Shown piece after piece: positions 11,995 through 27,200 of a stretch of 64,000 bases of DNA. The translations under genes were made by a program, and so were the position numbers. Location of the stretch: positions 11,036,001-11,100,000 of the forward strand of contig OZ249445.1 of NCBI GenBank assembly GCA_965235115.1, in the 5' to 3' direction. Origin of the DNA: Laetmonice hystrix. Taxonomy: Eukaryota. The notes below the pieces were generated by a model. It was given only the letters and a program-made list of their open reading frames with translations. It had not been told where the DNA came from and did no database searches. The stretch's first letter is position 1. Each line of letters begins with the position of its first letter.

Positions 11995-14900
11995 GAAAGT
12001 TCAATCATGACTTCGCCTTTGCATTCCCTTTGAACTTGCCCCCCGCGTTTCCGCGGCTCCTTGCTGATCACTGTTTTGTCCACGGACTAGAGGCATTCAC
12101 ATACATGCTGCGTTGGAATTTCGTAGTTATCAAGCAAGCAGGCCATGTAGAACGTGCCTTAACACCCAGTTTGGCTAGCAACTGTTGGTGAAAAAACCAA
12201 TTCACGGATCAAGGGTACCGATTGGATGTTGTCTAGGCTACGGGTTAAAACTCGCCTATTTATGAACTTTGTATTTCCACGAAATCTGGAAAACTGTTCC
12301 ATTGAAAGCAAATATTCCGGTTCTGGAAGATACGTATATTGATAATATATCGTGTAACACTTGAACTGAGCCGCACCTTGTAAATACAATCATTTACCCA
12401 AGCTCTAAACTTGGTTCCGGTTCTACAACCATTATAAGCTTGTTGGGTTCATTGTGTAATGTTTATTGATGTATATCACAAATTTAAGAGAACGGTCAAT
12501 TGCAGACATCAAGTGTACATTGGACGTATGATTTGGCTACGCCTGCCTGCCTGCTCGCCACGGAAGTTTTGAATCTTTTATATATTTCCTATATTCTTGT
12601 AAGAAACGTATAAGTACACACCATCAAGTGTGTGTAATAGGGGGCTGAAATGTTTACTGCAAAATTCTTTGGGCGTGGAATTATTTTGTGTATCCTCAAT
12701 ATTTACTCTTCATTTGTAAGTCATCTTGAATATCGTTTTCAGCAGCTGTAACCTTCATCTTCGACATTGTCAGTACATGTATAATTGTAAATAGGTATGT
12801 TCTCATTCGCCATTAATTCAAACAGTACTTGGAATCAACATTTCGTCCTTGGAGCGGCGTCCAAATACTGTCAATCAGATGTATTTTTATTTTATGGCCA
12901 TCATGTAATCACTTAGTATGTAGTAGCCCCTTTCCTGAGACACTGATTTTGGTGGTGCTGGTTTAGGACGTAGTCACGTAGGATATATATTTAAATTATA
13001 TACACTAACGTACGTATTAGAACATTATGACGTTTGGGAGTATTAAAGTTACTTCATTTCTAGTAAATCGGAAGTGTTGTAACAAGTTGAGTTTGATTAA
13101 GCGGATCCAGAAATCAAAGGACTAGGTCTATATATACGACAGGAAAGTTCCAGGTCTCAAACATAACGCTGCACGGCTGTGAGCCTCGCCTGATCGACAG
13201 CGGCACACTGCTGGCGCCCTCTGTAGGAGCGCTTTCTACACGTCTTGCAATATTGAGCTTGCAGCTCGCCAATGCTCCAGCTCCAGCTCCGAGGGCGTGT
13301 TTCCTTTATGTATGCCGGGCCTGGCGGCCCATAGGGGGCGCTAGCACTATATACGTGCGATCAAGATATTTCTTTCAGATATCTGCCGGTATAGAGGCAA
13401 CCTTCCAAACCCAGTTTTTAAGATGGAACTCTCACATGCAAAATGACTATTACCTCCATTCAGGTTATATACGAATGGCTGCAGAATGTTAGCTCAAATT
13501 AGACCGATTTGAAAGGCACTGTAGCCGATTATTAAATTCCCTCAAACTGTCCAACACCTTAAACTATGCATGAACGGTGTTCATGTTATTTCACAAAGTA
13601 ATAGTATTTAGCGTTCTTAATAAAAGCCTTTCTTGCTGACATTGCATTATGTACCGGTGCATAGTGCATGAGAGACAGAGTAGGCCCTGTGTTGGTTGCG
13701 ATTCTCACGGACACCTTTCTATTGTTACTATTGTTACAGACTATGTACGCTACATTTCTGTAGATGGAGATTAAAGTGCAAAGCTATAGGCAAACCCTGT
13801 TTTTCCTTGTACGTAGTCATTCGGTAAATGTATAGGTAACTTGGATAACTGGTATTAGTCTGACCACATAGATACCCGTTTACAATAAGCATGTTTGGCG
13901 TAGATTAATGAATCTTAGAAATTACTTACAATAGAAACCAGTTTATAATTTCATAGACAAACAGAGACAAGATAATAATTATAGGGAGTTGTTTCAGTGA
14001 AACAGGAGGCCATGCTTCCAAACCATAAAACAAACGCAGAGTCTTCAACTTATTGTCCAATACCTATCGTCTTTGTTACCAGTCAACAACGCCACAGGAG
14101 TACGGCCACGCCACCATGCACAGCAACCACCTCAGTGCATTCCTTGGTGTGAAATTACTAAAGCGTATGTCACTGTATATTTTCTACTTTAAATATCCCC
14201 ATCGCCCCCTACTGCCTAATGTAAATGAAATAAAGCCAATGCCATACCGAAATCCCTATGTCGGTTTTCTTAATTTATGGGATTACGATGAAACCCTCGG
14301 CACTCTCCGGGACCAAAGAATGTAAGAAGATGATCATCAGGGGCATAAACTATACGTCAATATATGAGTTCACTTCCCAAACAAATCAATATAAAACACT
14401 GACTATCAGTTATACAAATTTAAATGTTCTGAGAACAAGGTCTGTTCCTTACTATAGGGTTACACATGTGTGCCATCCCGTTATAGTACAAGGGGCCTGT
14501 ATGATTTTTGTACATTATATTGTATGTCCAGGTCCTCCCGCCAAACTACGGAGGTGAAGTACCACAGATATTTGATCTAATTCCACTTTACTCTCTGGAG
14601 TAGGGAGTCGATGTACACGAGAAGGTTCAGGTTCAGTCGATGGCCACCAGCAGCAGCACCGTCAAGTGTTGCCCAGCGCCAAGACCGCTTCATGAGCTGG
14701 TCGACCAGCACTGCCCTCTATGAACGACATTGGGAATGAGAATCGGGCGGGCTTGTGCTTTGTTTTCAAATGTACTCAGAGTGCAAGTTAAGTTTCAGTC
14801 AGAAGCCAGCAGGTGGCAGCACTAGATCGTATTGCTCGGCGTGATCATCCCTTCAGGTACAAATTACTCAACATTGTACGTATCTTCCGTCTCCTGTAAA

Positions 14901-16328
14901 AGAGTCATCAAATTATAATTCTTTGTGGAAATGGGTCTGCATTAATATACAATATCACTGAGTGGATCCCAGCATAGGCCTACACAGAATATTGCTATCA
15001 ACTTAACTAGCATCTTCTGTTCTGTTCTTACATGTATGGCTATTTCTCAAGATTGTACAGAAATACTTTCTGTTAGCTTCCTACCATAATATTGTGAGAT
15101 AGCATGCCTGGTCGTGGGTGCCATATGATAACAGGGGCCCGTTCAAACCAACCTTCCAGAGCCGAACTGTATAATTGTGATGCAGGCGTGTGTGAGTCAT
15201 TCCTGGGTTCAACTGTCGGGTCGGTCAATGATAACGACCCACACCAGCCCTCCCCGTGTGGCCGACCCAATGCGTGCTGAGACGGACGAAACCCAATTCC
15301 CAACTATGAAAACACTGACCCATGCCCTGCTTCAATTTCAACTGGTGCCGGACCAGTTAAATCAATACGTGTCCGTCTAATGGGCTCTGATAGATGGCAG
15401 GCCCTCCCTGAGCCCGGACTATACGAATTCTTCCTAAAGGTCACCGGGTGGGGAGGCAAATATATCTATTAAAGGTATATGGTTGCTGGGATGGCATCTG
15501 TGGAGATAACAATTACATTCTACACTCACACTCCAATGTTCGATGCTCTGCAATTTACAGCAATACTCTCTCGCTATAGACTTCAGTCACGCTGGATAAA
15601 TATGTTGAGGACCGTGCCGCCTTTCCTCCTTTATTTGTTTTTATTATCCCATTCACCCTCTAGTTGTCCTTTGTGTCAGAACGGCTGTGTCTATCGAAGA
15701 TTCATATGCTGTCCATTTGCATACATACACGTGTGTGTACAACAGATGCTGAATAGCAGACTGCGGCGGCCGCTAAGCATGCAAGACTAGCCGGATAGCG
15801 TGAACAAAAATACAGAATGGTTTCAAAGAAGTATCCTCTTCCCCGTTCCTCCACTATCTCAAAAGATTCATCCAGTCAAGAGACATTCTGTTGATACCGA
15901 ATTAACCAAAGGTAATAGATAATCAGATTGTTACAACTGTGTTAATTCCAGTAATATTTAGTCACAATCTGCCCAACAAATATACGTATTATAATATATT
16001 CAAGAAAAGTGCTGTCATTCCCAGTATTTTTCGGAAATATCGGAGAAAAGAGAGAGAGGGGCTTTTTGAGAAGACCCTGTAGACGGCAGGCGTCCGATAT
16101 CTGTCGTTACATGGAGACACGATTCCATAGAGGATACAAGCACACGGATATTAACCCAGACGGTGTTCGTGTAGGGATTAAAATAGATATCGATCTAGAT
16201 ATATAAGAATGTACAATCGATTCCAGCTGGCGTTGTTCGTCTTTTCCCTGTTCTAACCCAACACAATATGACTCTCATCACTTGATGAATATCAACCATA
16301 TTCTCCTTCATGTTTATCTTGTACTATA

Positions 16329-16487
16329 CAGTGTTTTGGGGGGTTAACCCCCCCCCCCAGGCAACCGAATTTTCTTTCCCCCCACAGAACTTTCTGAATT
16401 GATCAATGCTAAATCCCCTACTTCAAATAAATTCTTCCCCTAAAAGCCCCCTACACCTCCCCCTTACCAAACTCCTGGATCCGCCCT
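16329..16487. mobile_element. Internally deleted copy of the GGCGGATCCAGG-terminus MITE family
   Basis: The right end CCTGGATCCGCCC (about 16474-16486) matches the element at 50861-51123. The left end keeps only CAGTG, followed by G7-TTAA-C10. Confidence 0.5.
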
Positions 16488-19400
16488 ACACAATCTTTAT
16501 TCTGATTCACTAATGTTGTCTTTCTTCCTTCCGAAACGTTTGCATACTTGATCCCCTTGCGCCCGTCTTTATTGATAAGGAATGCCCATCCTCCGCTCAG
16601 GTACGACATCTACTGATAGAAGGCGACGTTAAGTCAGAACAAGTTTTTATTTAGAACGCCCAGCCCCACCATCCAATACATGACTCCAATACAGCCGCAC
16701 TACAAAACTTCTGCAAAACCTGAGACTTTAAAAAAAAATTTCTTAATGACTATAAACAGTCGACTGCCTTGTTTTCCTGTCAGTTAGCAAACTCTCACCC
16801 GCAGTTACATGGGTCTAGGACGGAGAATATCAAAAACCACACATGATCCCGAGGCTGTTCCGTTTCCAGTGCATTGCTCTCCGATTGCGCTGCACTGTCT
16901 GAAGGAAGTCCCCCTGTAAGTCCTTTCAATATCCTCCCGCTCTCTGTACCGTTACTTGCTATGATAACAAGTGTTTGCTTTATTCGCCGTGCCCTGCTTA
17001 CCTTACCCTCGGCAGTACATGTATCCTTGGTGTGACCTTTGACCCTAGGGATCCGCCGGTTGTACCGGAGCGGCGCTAACAGAACCAATGTTGTCATGTC
17101 GATCGCCTTTCTATCATACCACAGTCTGAGTTACCCAACCCGCAATCGTAATCACACGTTGAGAGCTGGTAGAGACGGCAGGCTTGTATCAATACATATT
17201 GCACAGTAAATATTTACTGATTGTAACGTTGTGAGAGAATATCGTTGTATCGGACCTCTGCCTTCTCCTTGGAGTGATCCCTTCTGTATACAAGGCCGTG
17301 TGATTCCTACTGTTGGGACCATTTTATTATTAGCGTCAATAAGGGGGATAGGGGCAGACAGTCCCCCCTCCCAACATTTCCTCCCTCATGCAACCTGTAC
17401 GGCAATGTCAGCATGAACAGGCATCAGAGTGTTTACCCCTGCAAAAATTAAAATGCTGTCGCCAATAAGAAGTTTATGAAAAGTGGCGTTCAGTGTGAGC
17501 TAGCGAACGACAGGTCACAATGTACTCCTCATATACATGTACCGGCACATGGTCACACTAGGCCTAGCCTTTTCTTCTCATAGTTTCACGACGAGAGACG
17601 AGAGACAGTCCGCGAGGACGGCTGGCCTTTTCACTGAACGAACCACGTCACATTTTGATTGATATATTTATATTTATAGTCATTTCTAGCAGGCTCCATC
17701 CTGGATTATCAGTCTCGTTAGGTGACAGGCAAGGTTGTCACACGGTGCCGAGGGTCGCACCCGTGTCTGAGACTGGTTTTGTTCCGTAATAAAACTGACT
17801 GGAGCCTGCAGAATTACAGCCTCCATCCACAGCAAACAGGTGGCCCTAATCAATTCTCATCCACCCATGCTGCCGAGTTACCGTCTTTTTAACACTTTCT
17901 ACTCAGATCTCCACGAAATCCGCATGCCCCCTTATAATAAATACAATTTATAATATGCATCTGGGCCATAGCTACCGGAAAAGGTTTGATAAACAGGATC
18001 GTGTCTATTCTGAGGAATAAACGACGTCTTTGTTATATAAATATAATATATTATGATATATCTGCGTGGAGATGGCGATCACCTGGGGTGAAAGCAAATA
18101 GCGGCAGTTTCCTCAGTACTTGTTGTCAGTACAGTGATCATGTGTGCCGACTGGCCGAGCCGACCAACCGCTGCGAGCAGTGGGTAGAAACAGGTTCACG
18201 AGATGACAACCCTAGCAGGCGAGGGTAGGTATGGAATGGGTAACATGCCGGTTAAGTTAACCCATCTGTCGCCTATATTCAACCCCTTAGCAATACGTAC
18301 ACAGGTAGTTGTGGCCCAAGGCAGTTTGACTACACCAGACGTGGAAAACTTTGGGTTCAAGAGGTGGCTCTTCAAGAGGTCATGGATAGCAATTACTGAG
18401 GATCTAGTAGTATGCGTATACTAATTATCTCAATGCATCATAAAATCTTATTACACTTTAAATAACCCGCGTGAGATTTCCTGCATGTACGCGGGTTGAG
18501 TTAGTGGTTTTCAGCATTCCACCCTGGCCCTGACTTTTATTGAGTAGGTTAGCCTGACAAATGACCTCTGAGACTTCTGGGTCTGTTCCCCTACCACCCC
18601 AGGGCCCCCAGACACCTACTGACGCCACCCGCGTCCCGTTAACACTGGGACCACCCCAAGGCATCACCACCCTCCTCCTACCGGCTGCTGATTGGTTACC
18701 CGCTCTGCTGGACTCATGCAAACCCTCACTCGTAAATACATTGTATATCACAGACTAGCTCCCATACACCTTCCATTGTAAGGTATATCTTCTATTGTAA
18801 AGTATCCGTACATCTGATATCAGAAAATATCTATAACAACGGCTCCGATAGCGCGGGGTCTCAGCCTAGCATCTTGCCATTTGGAGATAAATTTAACCCG
18901 ACAAGGATAACATTCACTTGTCTGAATGTACCAATTTACTATTGCACGGCCGCCACCATCTCGGCGGTCCGACCTGGGTGGGTGTTTACGTCATCAAGGG
19001 TGTGGAGCCTATAAGGTGACCTGACTACAGTCCCGGGGGTAAAACAACCTACCCTATCCCAGGCACACGAGGGGGTCGAGCCAGGGGCCACGCCGCAGTG
19101 CGATAACCCGGCCCATCTCCATCATAATGGATCCCTCGACAGTATCTACTTTAATCGTCCCTCGGGAAAACCTTAGAATTACCAGAAACTCTACCAACTT
19201 TTACCTCTCCTTCCTTATCGCCTCTTCTTGTTAAAACCTCGTCTTTTTTTAACGAATTATCTCCTGACATAGGTCACAGCAAGACATGAAAATTGTATCT
19301 CTAGATTTTATTGAACATATTTTGCTGTACGATTCCATAAATATAACTCTGCGCCGTTGTTGCATATATACACAGCAGTTTAGTTAGGGCACGATGCAGC

Positions 19401-21155
19401 GCAAACAAGGAAGACCAAAGTACTCGTTGACTACACCATCTATCTATGTCGTAGTATTTCTGGTTTTCTAAATCCACCATGTGCGACTTGAGACGAATGT
19501 CAGACACTATAGGACAGATACAACATGGACTGCTGTACGACACCAACCACAATCCCGTGCCACAATGACTGTAGGCTACGTCCAGATGTTCTAGTGGCGC
19601 TCCTCTCACTGTCTACGTCCTGTTCAAGTCTTGATTCCACCGGTCTCCTGTATGTATGTATGTAAAATGTCCGAAGGTTATCGTCTACACTATTGGATGG
19701 GCTACACGTGATGTTACTGCGCGCACACTGACTGATGGGTGTCGGTGATTAACGACGTGAGAAGACGGGAGGGTTGGGTGGCGCTGGGATGGTAAAGGGC
19801 CTGTCGGATCCCTGCTAGGATCATCCAGTATAATCTACCGGAGCAAACACAAACACACGGGCGAGTAGTGCTCAAAATAGTAACGCGTCCACGGCAGCCC
19901 CCGCTGCTCAGATACTGGCGCAAAAAGCACATTGCAACGGCAATTTCGAGCACATCTGTTAGTTTATAGAAGACTCCTTAACATCAGTCCAAGACTTCAC
20001 CAAGGCACGAGTGACTACGGACACGACAATTAATACAACATTTTGGCAAATCGACGACAAAGATAAAGATGTTAAAAACACTGCCTTTGCGCCTAAACAT
20101 CATTTTGATCATTCTGATATAAAACCGGTAGTAAGCACATGGTCACCTTGGCGTGCGGTTGTGGTGCATGGAAATAGAAGAATTCCAATCACGACTGGTA
20201 TGGTCAGGAAAGATCCTTTTAAGCGCTCACCCACGCCTTCTAGACGAGTTCCTACAGCATAGGGTTTGGGCGCAGTCTGCTGACAGTTCGCCCCACACGT
20301 CACAGACACCCCACCTGAGTGCAAGGTAAATACCTTCCACGTGTCCAAGATTCGCCGACTAAGGCGGAACTCGAGGTGATGAACGTGCAACTCGATGTAT
20401 CTGGAGAGGGAAAGCCTCAGTTGAAATATTGGGATTTACACGAAAACCCTCGCTGGAGTATGTATTCCATCCTTACGCCGACTCAGGGCGAGCAGTGAAA
20501 ATCGTATGGAACCATCTATATAGCACAATGGAAGCGGTTGATCCTTGTCTAACAAGGTTTCCATTGTCCTGCCTAACTCGGCGAGTCTGTGTGAAAAGTT
20601 GGATGGTTATTCTTAGGTTTATACAGGCATGACATGAGGCGGGAGAAAAACACCCTTGGCGGCTGCGAAGATTTCAACTAGAGCCGTTTTTCTCTCTAAA
20701 CACACATTCCGCCTATCTGAGAGGCCCACATGTTAGTAATTCGCAAGACAGGAACCTCGATCTATCTCACATATTGGGGATCAGCATCTACAGCTGGGAG
20801 AATACTGCACTTGATTCGTCAATTCTAGTACGACCATTTCCAGTTATCGCAAAAAATGAAGGTAGATCTTGCAAATGAGTTGATTCGTCGTCAGGCTCAG
20901 GTCTGTAAGTAAAAGTAGCCACTTCACTCGACAGTAATTGATTGGCACGTCGATTTATTATGCAGGTCTTTTGGTGTTGAAGAAGAGCCTTTTTATTTCC
21001 CAATTCGTAATGTCCTATAGAAAAACCATGAATACAGAAAGGTTCCATCCTGCTTACTCGACTCACTCACTATCTTGTACTCATCCTCGGCGACGCCAAA
21101 TACTCTCTCTGTCACATACTTGTCGATTCAAAATATTTCCTTTCTGTCTCAAAGC

Positions 21156-22076
21156 TTAGCGAAGAGAAATTGTGATTTGCGGCTTTTTTGTCGAGCCCGG
21201 GCGTCCAACATATGAGCCCTGTTGGTAGCCTGGGATTGGAGCCTCCAGAATCAGTTTACCGTCATCTGTCATCGACGCCACCACTGTATTCGGATCGACG
21301 TCTTCCGGAAGTTCGAACTCTTTGCTGAATTCACGCATGCTCGTCCGGCCTTGCGACTTTTCTTCGTGTCGTGCCGTTACTTGCAACTTCCGGTCGATGG
21401 TTTTGACGGAAATGTCGTCTGGGTTGAATTCGGGGCCGATGTCGACGACAAACTTCATCATACGTGATGCCTCCTGTTCTGTGAGCATGGCGCCGCCGCT
21501 GTACTCACGGGGTAGGGGCGCGGCGTGCAGGGCCGGCGTCTCGGCCTGAGTGGCGTTGTCTACTATACGGTCGTAATGGGGGGCGTCTACTTTAGCCTCA
21601 ATTGTCAGGATTCCGTCTTTGCTAAGTGTACAGTTTAATGCCTCTGGATCAACGTGTTTGGGTATGTCGACTGTTCGGCTGAATTCACGGCTCACGTTCT
21701 TTCCTTCACCTTTTTCCTCGTGTTTTGCGTGTACAATTAACTTATTCTCTTCAGTGCGGACTCCGATTTCCTCGGCACTGAATTGGCTGACATCAAAACT
21801 AACTTGGAACCTTTTATTACCTTTAACGTCATCGTGAAATATATGGTCCAGATCCATAGTTTCCAGAAGATTTTCACTGCTTCCCCGGCGGGTTTCGGTC
21901 GGTTTTAACCGGAAAAAGTCTTTGCGCATGCGTTCTACTTCACCCTCCCATTCCCGGCGTCTGCGCTCCATCCGGGCATGGACGTCATCCCAGATGCCTT
22001 TTTGCCGTTCTTCAAATAAATGGCTGTCCTTTTTTATAGGGACAAATACTTCAGACTTGAAAGTTGGGTAAGCCAT
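21156..22076 (-). CDS. Small heat-shock protein with two alpha-crystallin domains (p40/major egg antigen-like), 306 aa
   Basis: ATG at 22076 in CACCATGG context (MAYPTFKSEV). The ORF track's start at 22097 is a non-ATG codon. ACD1 is FQVSFDVSQFSAEEIGVRTEENKLIVHAKHEE...FSRTVDIPKHVDPEALNCTLSKDGILTIEA. ACD2 is FVVDIGPEFNPDDISVKTIDRKLQVTARHEE...FSKEFELPEDVDPNTVVASMTDDGKLILEAP. The C-terminus has an I-T-I motif. A splice acceptor TTTTCTTTGCTTACTTGCAG ends at 22118. Confidence 0.95.
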   Translation of the reverse strand: MAYPTFKSEVFVPIKKDSHLFEERQKGIWDDVHARMERRRREWEGEVERMRKDFFRLKPTETRRGSSENLLETMDLDHIFHDDVKGNKRFQVSFDVSQFSAEEIGVRTEENKLIVHAKHEEKGEGKNVSREFSRTVDIPKHVDPEALNCTLSKDGILTIEAKVDAPHYDRIVDNATQAETPALHAAPLPREYSGGAMLTEQEASRMMKFVVDIGPEFNPDDISVKTIDRKLQVTARHEEKSQGRTSMREFSKEFELPEDVDPNTVVASMTDDGKLILEAPIPGYQQGSYVGRPGSTKKPQITISLR

Positions 22077-24058
22077 GGTGTAAATGGAAAGAAGCACTTG
22101 GTCTTCCGGCGCTAGATCTGCAAGTAAGCAAAGAAAACGAGAATTAGAAATTGCTTGCGAGTCCGTTTTATCGTTGAAACTTTCAGTTCATTGACTTATA
22201 AATCAAGTTAGAAAGTACCTGCACTCTATAAAAGATATAAAACTTTAATTCAATAATTTAATATGATATAATGTATTTCATATTGATCTTAATTGAAGGT
22301 CAATACTCTATATTCAAGGACTTTTATAAAACATTTCAGAATACTTCCGCCATTCTACCGTTGAACGTCTCATGAAATGATATTGTGTGGAAGCAGATCT
22401 ATGTGACTCACGTACCCCGGACCCCGCCATAAATATGTAAAATACTTCATCTCCAATCGGGGAAAAGAAACTTTATATTCATGGCATAGCTTTAAAAGCT
22501 TTTGATGTTGTCTGAGCTGGCACTTTGCCATCTTTTTTGAGTGTTGATGAATTCTCATGTCATTATCCATACTATTTACACAGTGAATACATACACGGCA
22601 CAATCCTGAATCACTGTCCATGATCCCTTAGTTCGTTGATACCTCTTAAAATCTTAAATCACAGTCTGTATTTTAAGGAAAACAGGACAAATCCTTTGGG
22701 GGGGGGGGATTGTAAGGACCCTTGTGACTCTCTAAATACACAACTACCTTGTCAATATTATGTGGAAAGAAATCTTATAATGGAAAGTCGCGCAGCGTTT
22801 CATATTTATGCTTATATTTATGGCGAGACGCATGTTGGGGCCGCCATTTTAGCGATTTATGTTGGTATTAAAGGTCACGTGTTACCGTGGTATGGCAACC
22901 CGAATTGACCCATTCTCCATAAAAGGTAATCCAGGAAGGCCAGGAAACACGTTTGATGACGTGACCTATAATTGCTGTTGGCCACATGTGATGAAGTAAT
23001 ATTTTAGAGTGATGCTTCATAAAATCCTACAACTATAACTTGGGCCTGCGAACCATCAATACCAGCTCCATCAACAAGACCATCAAGAGAGAGAGAGACG
23101 TATTGCCTGGCACCACGGACGTCCACCCCTTCATTTATATATCAAACAATACGCCGTCATTTCACCACATAGAGTAGGTTACAACACTGCTCCCAGGCTC
23201 ATATCTTAATAGGGAAGGCAACAGAACCTGATGTGGCTTCGCCGTTATTGCACCCTTGATGGGAGCAGGTCATGGGCCACTGACACAGAGAGCATCTGGT
23301 GCAAATCATTGATCATTATCTATTGATTTCTGGTGTACGTGTGTGGGGTGTCATCAACCACATCACATACCATGACCGTGGAGCAATGCCTAACCAACAC
23401 CAACTCCCACAATGTGCGCCCTGGCCGTTACCAATGAGGTTTCACAGACGTCATTAACCAGTGTTTACCAAACGGCGGCAAAACGGAGAGGAGAAACTAG
23501 TTTCAACAAAGTGTGATCCTTAGCAACGGGGCGATTGATGGACAGAACGGTCTGGCAAGTTTCTCTGGCAATTGCAGTCTTCATTATGGTGGCTGTAGCT
23601 GTCCGTGATCCTCGATAAGATCACTTGCCGGGCGCCCTGCCCGGTGTTTCCCACCCTTCTACCGTCAGATCGTGTTGACCCACATGTCAGCCAGATGGCC
23701 ATGTCCATCGACGTGCATCTGTCGTCGGGCCAACGTTACGCAATAACTTTTTTTCTCTGACACAAGTAAACTCGGGCCGTCCGGCTGTGTATACAATATG
23801 AATGGGCCCTCCAGAATGGCCACGGCGACATGTAAAAGCGCTTAGATGTGTCAATTATGACATTACAAACTTGACAAATCGGGTGGACAGGGTTACCGTG
23901 TTCGTTTACACCTTTTACATAATATATACAGACATCAAATTAATAGCGAAAATGACAATGGCAATAACCTATCCAGTTAGTATATTCAGTCTCTAATCCC
24001 TTCCCTGCTACTACCTTGGTGTGGAACTGGTGCCATCAGGGGTACAAAAAGCCTACCT

Positions 24059-24203
24059 NNNNNNNNNNNNNNNNNNNNNNNNNNNNNNNNNNNNNNNNNN
24101 NNNNNNNNNNNNNNNNNNNNNNNNNNNNNNNNNNNNNNNNNNNNNNNNNNNNNNNNNNNNNNNNNNNNNNNNNNNNNNNNNNNNNNNNNNNNNNNNNNNN
24201 NNN
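24059..24203. other. Assembly gap (145 N)
   Basis: Run of N. Confidence 1.
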
Positions 24204-27200
24204 TACAGTCTACAGTCATATCTCTGTTGTCAGAATGACTTTGAAATAGGATTCATGGCGCCAGGAGCGTGGCCCTCAGCTGTGTACTGATAAAAGGCCT
24301 CCCCGACTCGGAGCGTATCTTCCCCGAGGCTGCTACTCCTCCAGGTTCCACATGGAAGGCTAATAATCAGACAACAGCAAAAAGGGAGGAGATGGCGCGA
24401 CTCACCGCCAGAGCTCGTGAGTGGCGACTGAGAGAACTCCTTTCTGTTTGCCTGTATGACAAGGTTAATCATCGTATATTAACGACTAGGTCTGGCTGTA
24501 CACGAGGTAGGACGACTCCGGAATGTACAGGGTTATCATGTTTACTGTCTACTTTCCCTATACTCAGGAACACAACCTTTCCTTGCAGAGATTTCACCAG
24601 AAACATACGCTGCGTACGCTTCATGTACAGACACGGCTTACCTACATACAATTGATGTTTTTATTCTCCGCTCTCTCCCAACCGTACCGTCTGTGGTGAC
24701 TCAGGGTTCCATCAGTGTCTCTCCATCACCATTACTCATTCTCCTCGACACATAGCGAGGGTAGAGTCCAGTTCCGGCAGTATAGGCTAATCCCAGTCCA
24801 GATTAACTGGTCTCTAATTTATATGTATCAGAGGATAGCAGTCTGACAAGCAAGGCTTACTGAGATCAAGTCTCCAAGTCATACCAGGGTTTCTAAGTAC
24901 TTTGGGTCAGCCTGCAGCTGATCCACAGATAGGCCTGGCCGACCGACATGGATGATGAGATACTCTTCATCCACCGTCCTGCAGTCGGGTCACAACATGT
25001 CGCTCTAACTATCATGTAGTTTCTAGGACTTTCATCCAGCATCAGCCCTCATACGAGTTGAATATACATTAGCAGAGTGTATGATACATGTGTAGTGTGA
25101 ATACCATGCTCTGAACCACGTCGGGTGGCAGTTTGTCCTCCTGACACGTCGAATGCCAATAGATCCTAATCACGCTGGTTCCGATTGTCGCCTGGCAAAT
25201 AACCATGGCGATTTTTCTCCGTATGATATATAACAGGCAACGCCAACAGCTTTTTGTGTCAGAGTTAGCACAGATTATCTACCATACAGGCTGGATAAAA
25301 ACTTGGGAAGTATGGTTGAACTGCGCCGACTGATTTCGTTTCTTACAAGTAACCTCAAATTATGATTCGGACTCAGCCTCAGAACACCGGCCAGATTGTA
25401 TGAAGTTAAGGATGGATGGTCCGGGGACAAAATTACGTGAGAAATCCGATTGTATGATGTTATGGCTCGATAGTCTGGCGACAGAATTATGTGAGCAATC
25501 AGAAGGGCGAGCAACCGGAGAGACCTTCGTTTTAATAACAGCAATACGGCAGCAATTCATATTACCTACCTGAACCTATAGCTATCTACAGTTTTACCCA
25601 CGTAACGACTTTGATTCAGTATTTGAAATAATAGTACACATATGTACGTGAAATGAAAACATTGGGATATGACATTATGAATGTCGCTAAGCCATCACAC
25701 CCAGCACTGAAATACCCGGTAGTCCAAATCTACCAGATCTACAAGTTTCCAAACGTATAATGACAGAAACGGTAACATGACCCTCGTGTTATAGACAATG
25801 ATGTATAAATATCAAACTTTGCTCATTCAATGTATGCCGAGGGGCCTACCTGAAGGCAGATACCTGGCAAAGAGAGTCCCCAGGCCAATTACATAACGTT
25901 GGCGGTTCTTAGCTTTTAATCCACCTGGCAGAATTAATTAGACAATGTCCTAACTCTCTATTTGCTCTATATACGTGTAGCTCTGTATATTTTTATCTTT
26001 TCAACAGGTAATGAAAGCATGCCTCACCCCTTCCTCCCGTAGGGAGCAGATAGTAATGGACAAAACTTGACGTCAGAAACCTCAAACTGTTTATCGGACT
26101 CCGCTAGAAAATCTCTAGGCGTTGTAATCAAAATTGACATGACCTCCTTACCCACCCAGCCATACTTCCAGACACGTCCACCATATTTTGTTTTACAGGC
26201 TTGCCTTATTTCATCAATTTGGGTACCCCAAAGTTTTATGTAGCTTGAAATTACAATGACAAAGGGCCAATCATGTAACACAAAAAGCACCTGGCTTGTC
26301 ATAATAACACTGGCCGTAGAGTAGGTATACGGTTTCATGGCGGGCAGAGTGACATGTTTGCAGACGTAGAACATGTTGTATGTGTAACATGTCAAACATG
26401 TCGCCTGGATGTAAGGTGGCAGTCCGAGTAGTTAGCGACAGTTCTGACGGGTTACCACATCCGGCACACGCCGCCACTCTACTTCACATACACACACGTA
26501 CATGTACTACACACTTTCTCTGGGTTGACATCAAATGGCAACTCAGGCTTTTCTCTTTTTCTGTTCCAGGGTGCATGGCAGTGACTGAATCATTCTCTTA
26601 ACAAAAGACATAATGACAATAGGAATCATGGATGTGACACTACAGATTTATGAGGGAACGACAAAGAAGGAAAAAAGAAGCGGCAGAAAAACATCGGATT
26701 TCACACCAGTCCTCAAGTAATGGAACTGACAGGACCAAGTTACAGGGCAACACTTGCCACCTAACGTCGGCCAGAATGGGCCCGTGTCATACATCACTTA
26801 TTGCCCTTTCGTTGGTCCCTTGAGAATAGTTGGTAATACATCAAGCATGCCACGATAGAGGGCTCCTGTTGATATAATATGATTAGTCTCTCTAGAATGT
26901 TACGTCCAGTCACGTAATGCAGTTTTATAAAGTGAGGCCATATTAATGCTGACCTCAACATTCGTTAACAAAAAACGAACGATGGTGGGGCATACGTATG
27001 GTACGGTACGTTCTTCTGTGGATAGCCAGACAGACTACCACCTTCCTCTTATTGTACAAGATTCGGAATAATGTCTGAAAAGATAGCGTGCTGAATACTC
27101 ACAGCTAAACAATGTATTAGGGGTAGGGGGGTAATTTTCCATAATAGATGTAGATTAAATGGGTTAACGGGTGCATGGGCAGAGTAGCAATGATTAACAA

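Noticed and set aside
23538-23618. 26-aa ORF MDRTVWQVSLAIAVFIMVAVAVRDPR with a hydrophobic helix
   Set aside because: Weak Kozak context and no promoter or splice support. ORFs this short occur by chance; it would need Ribo-seq or conservation evidence.
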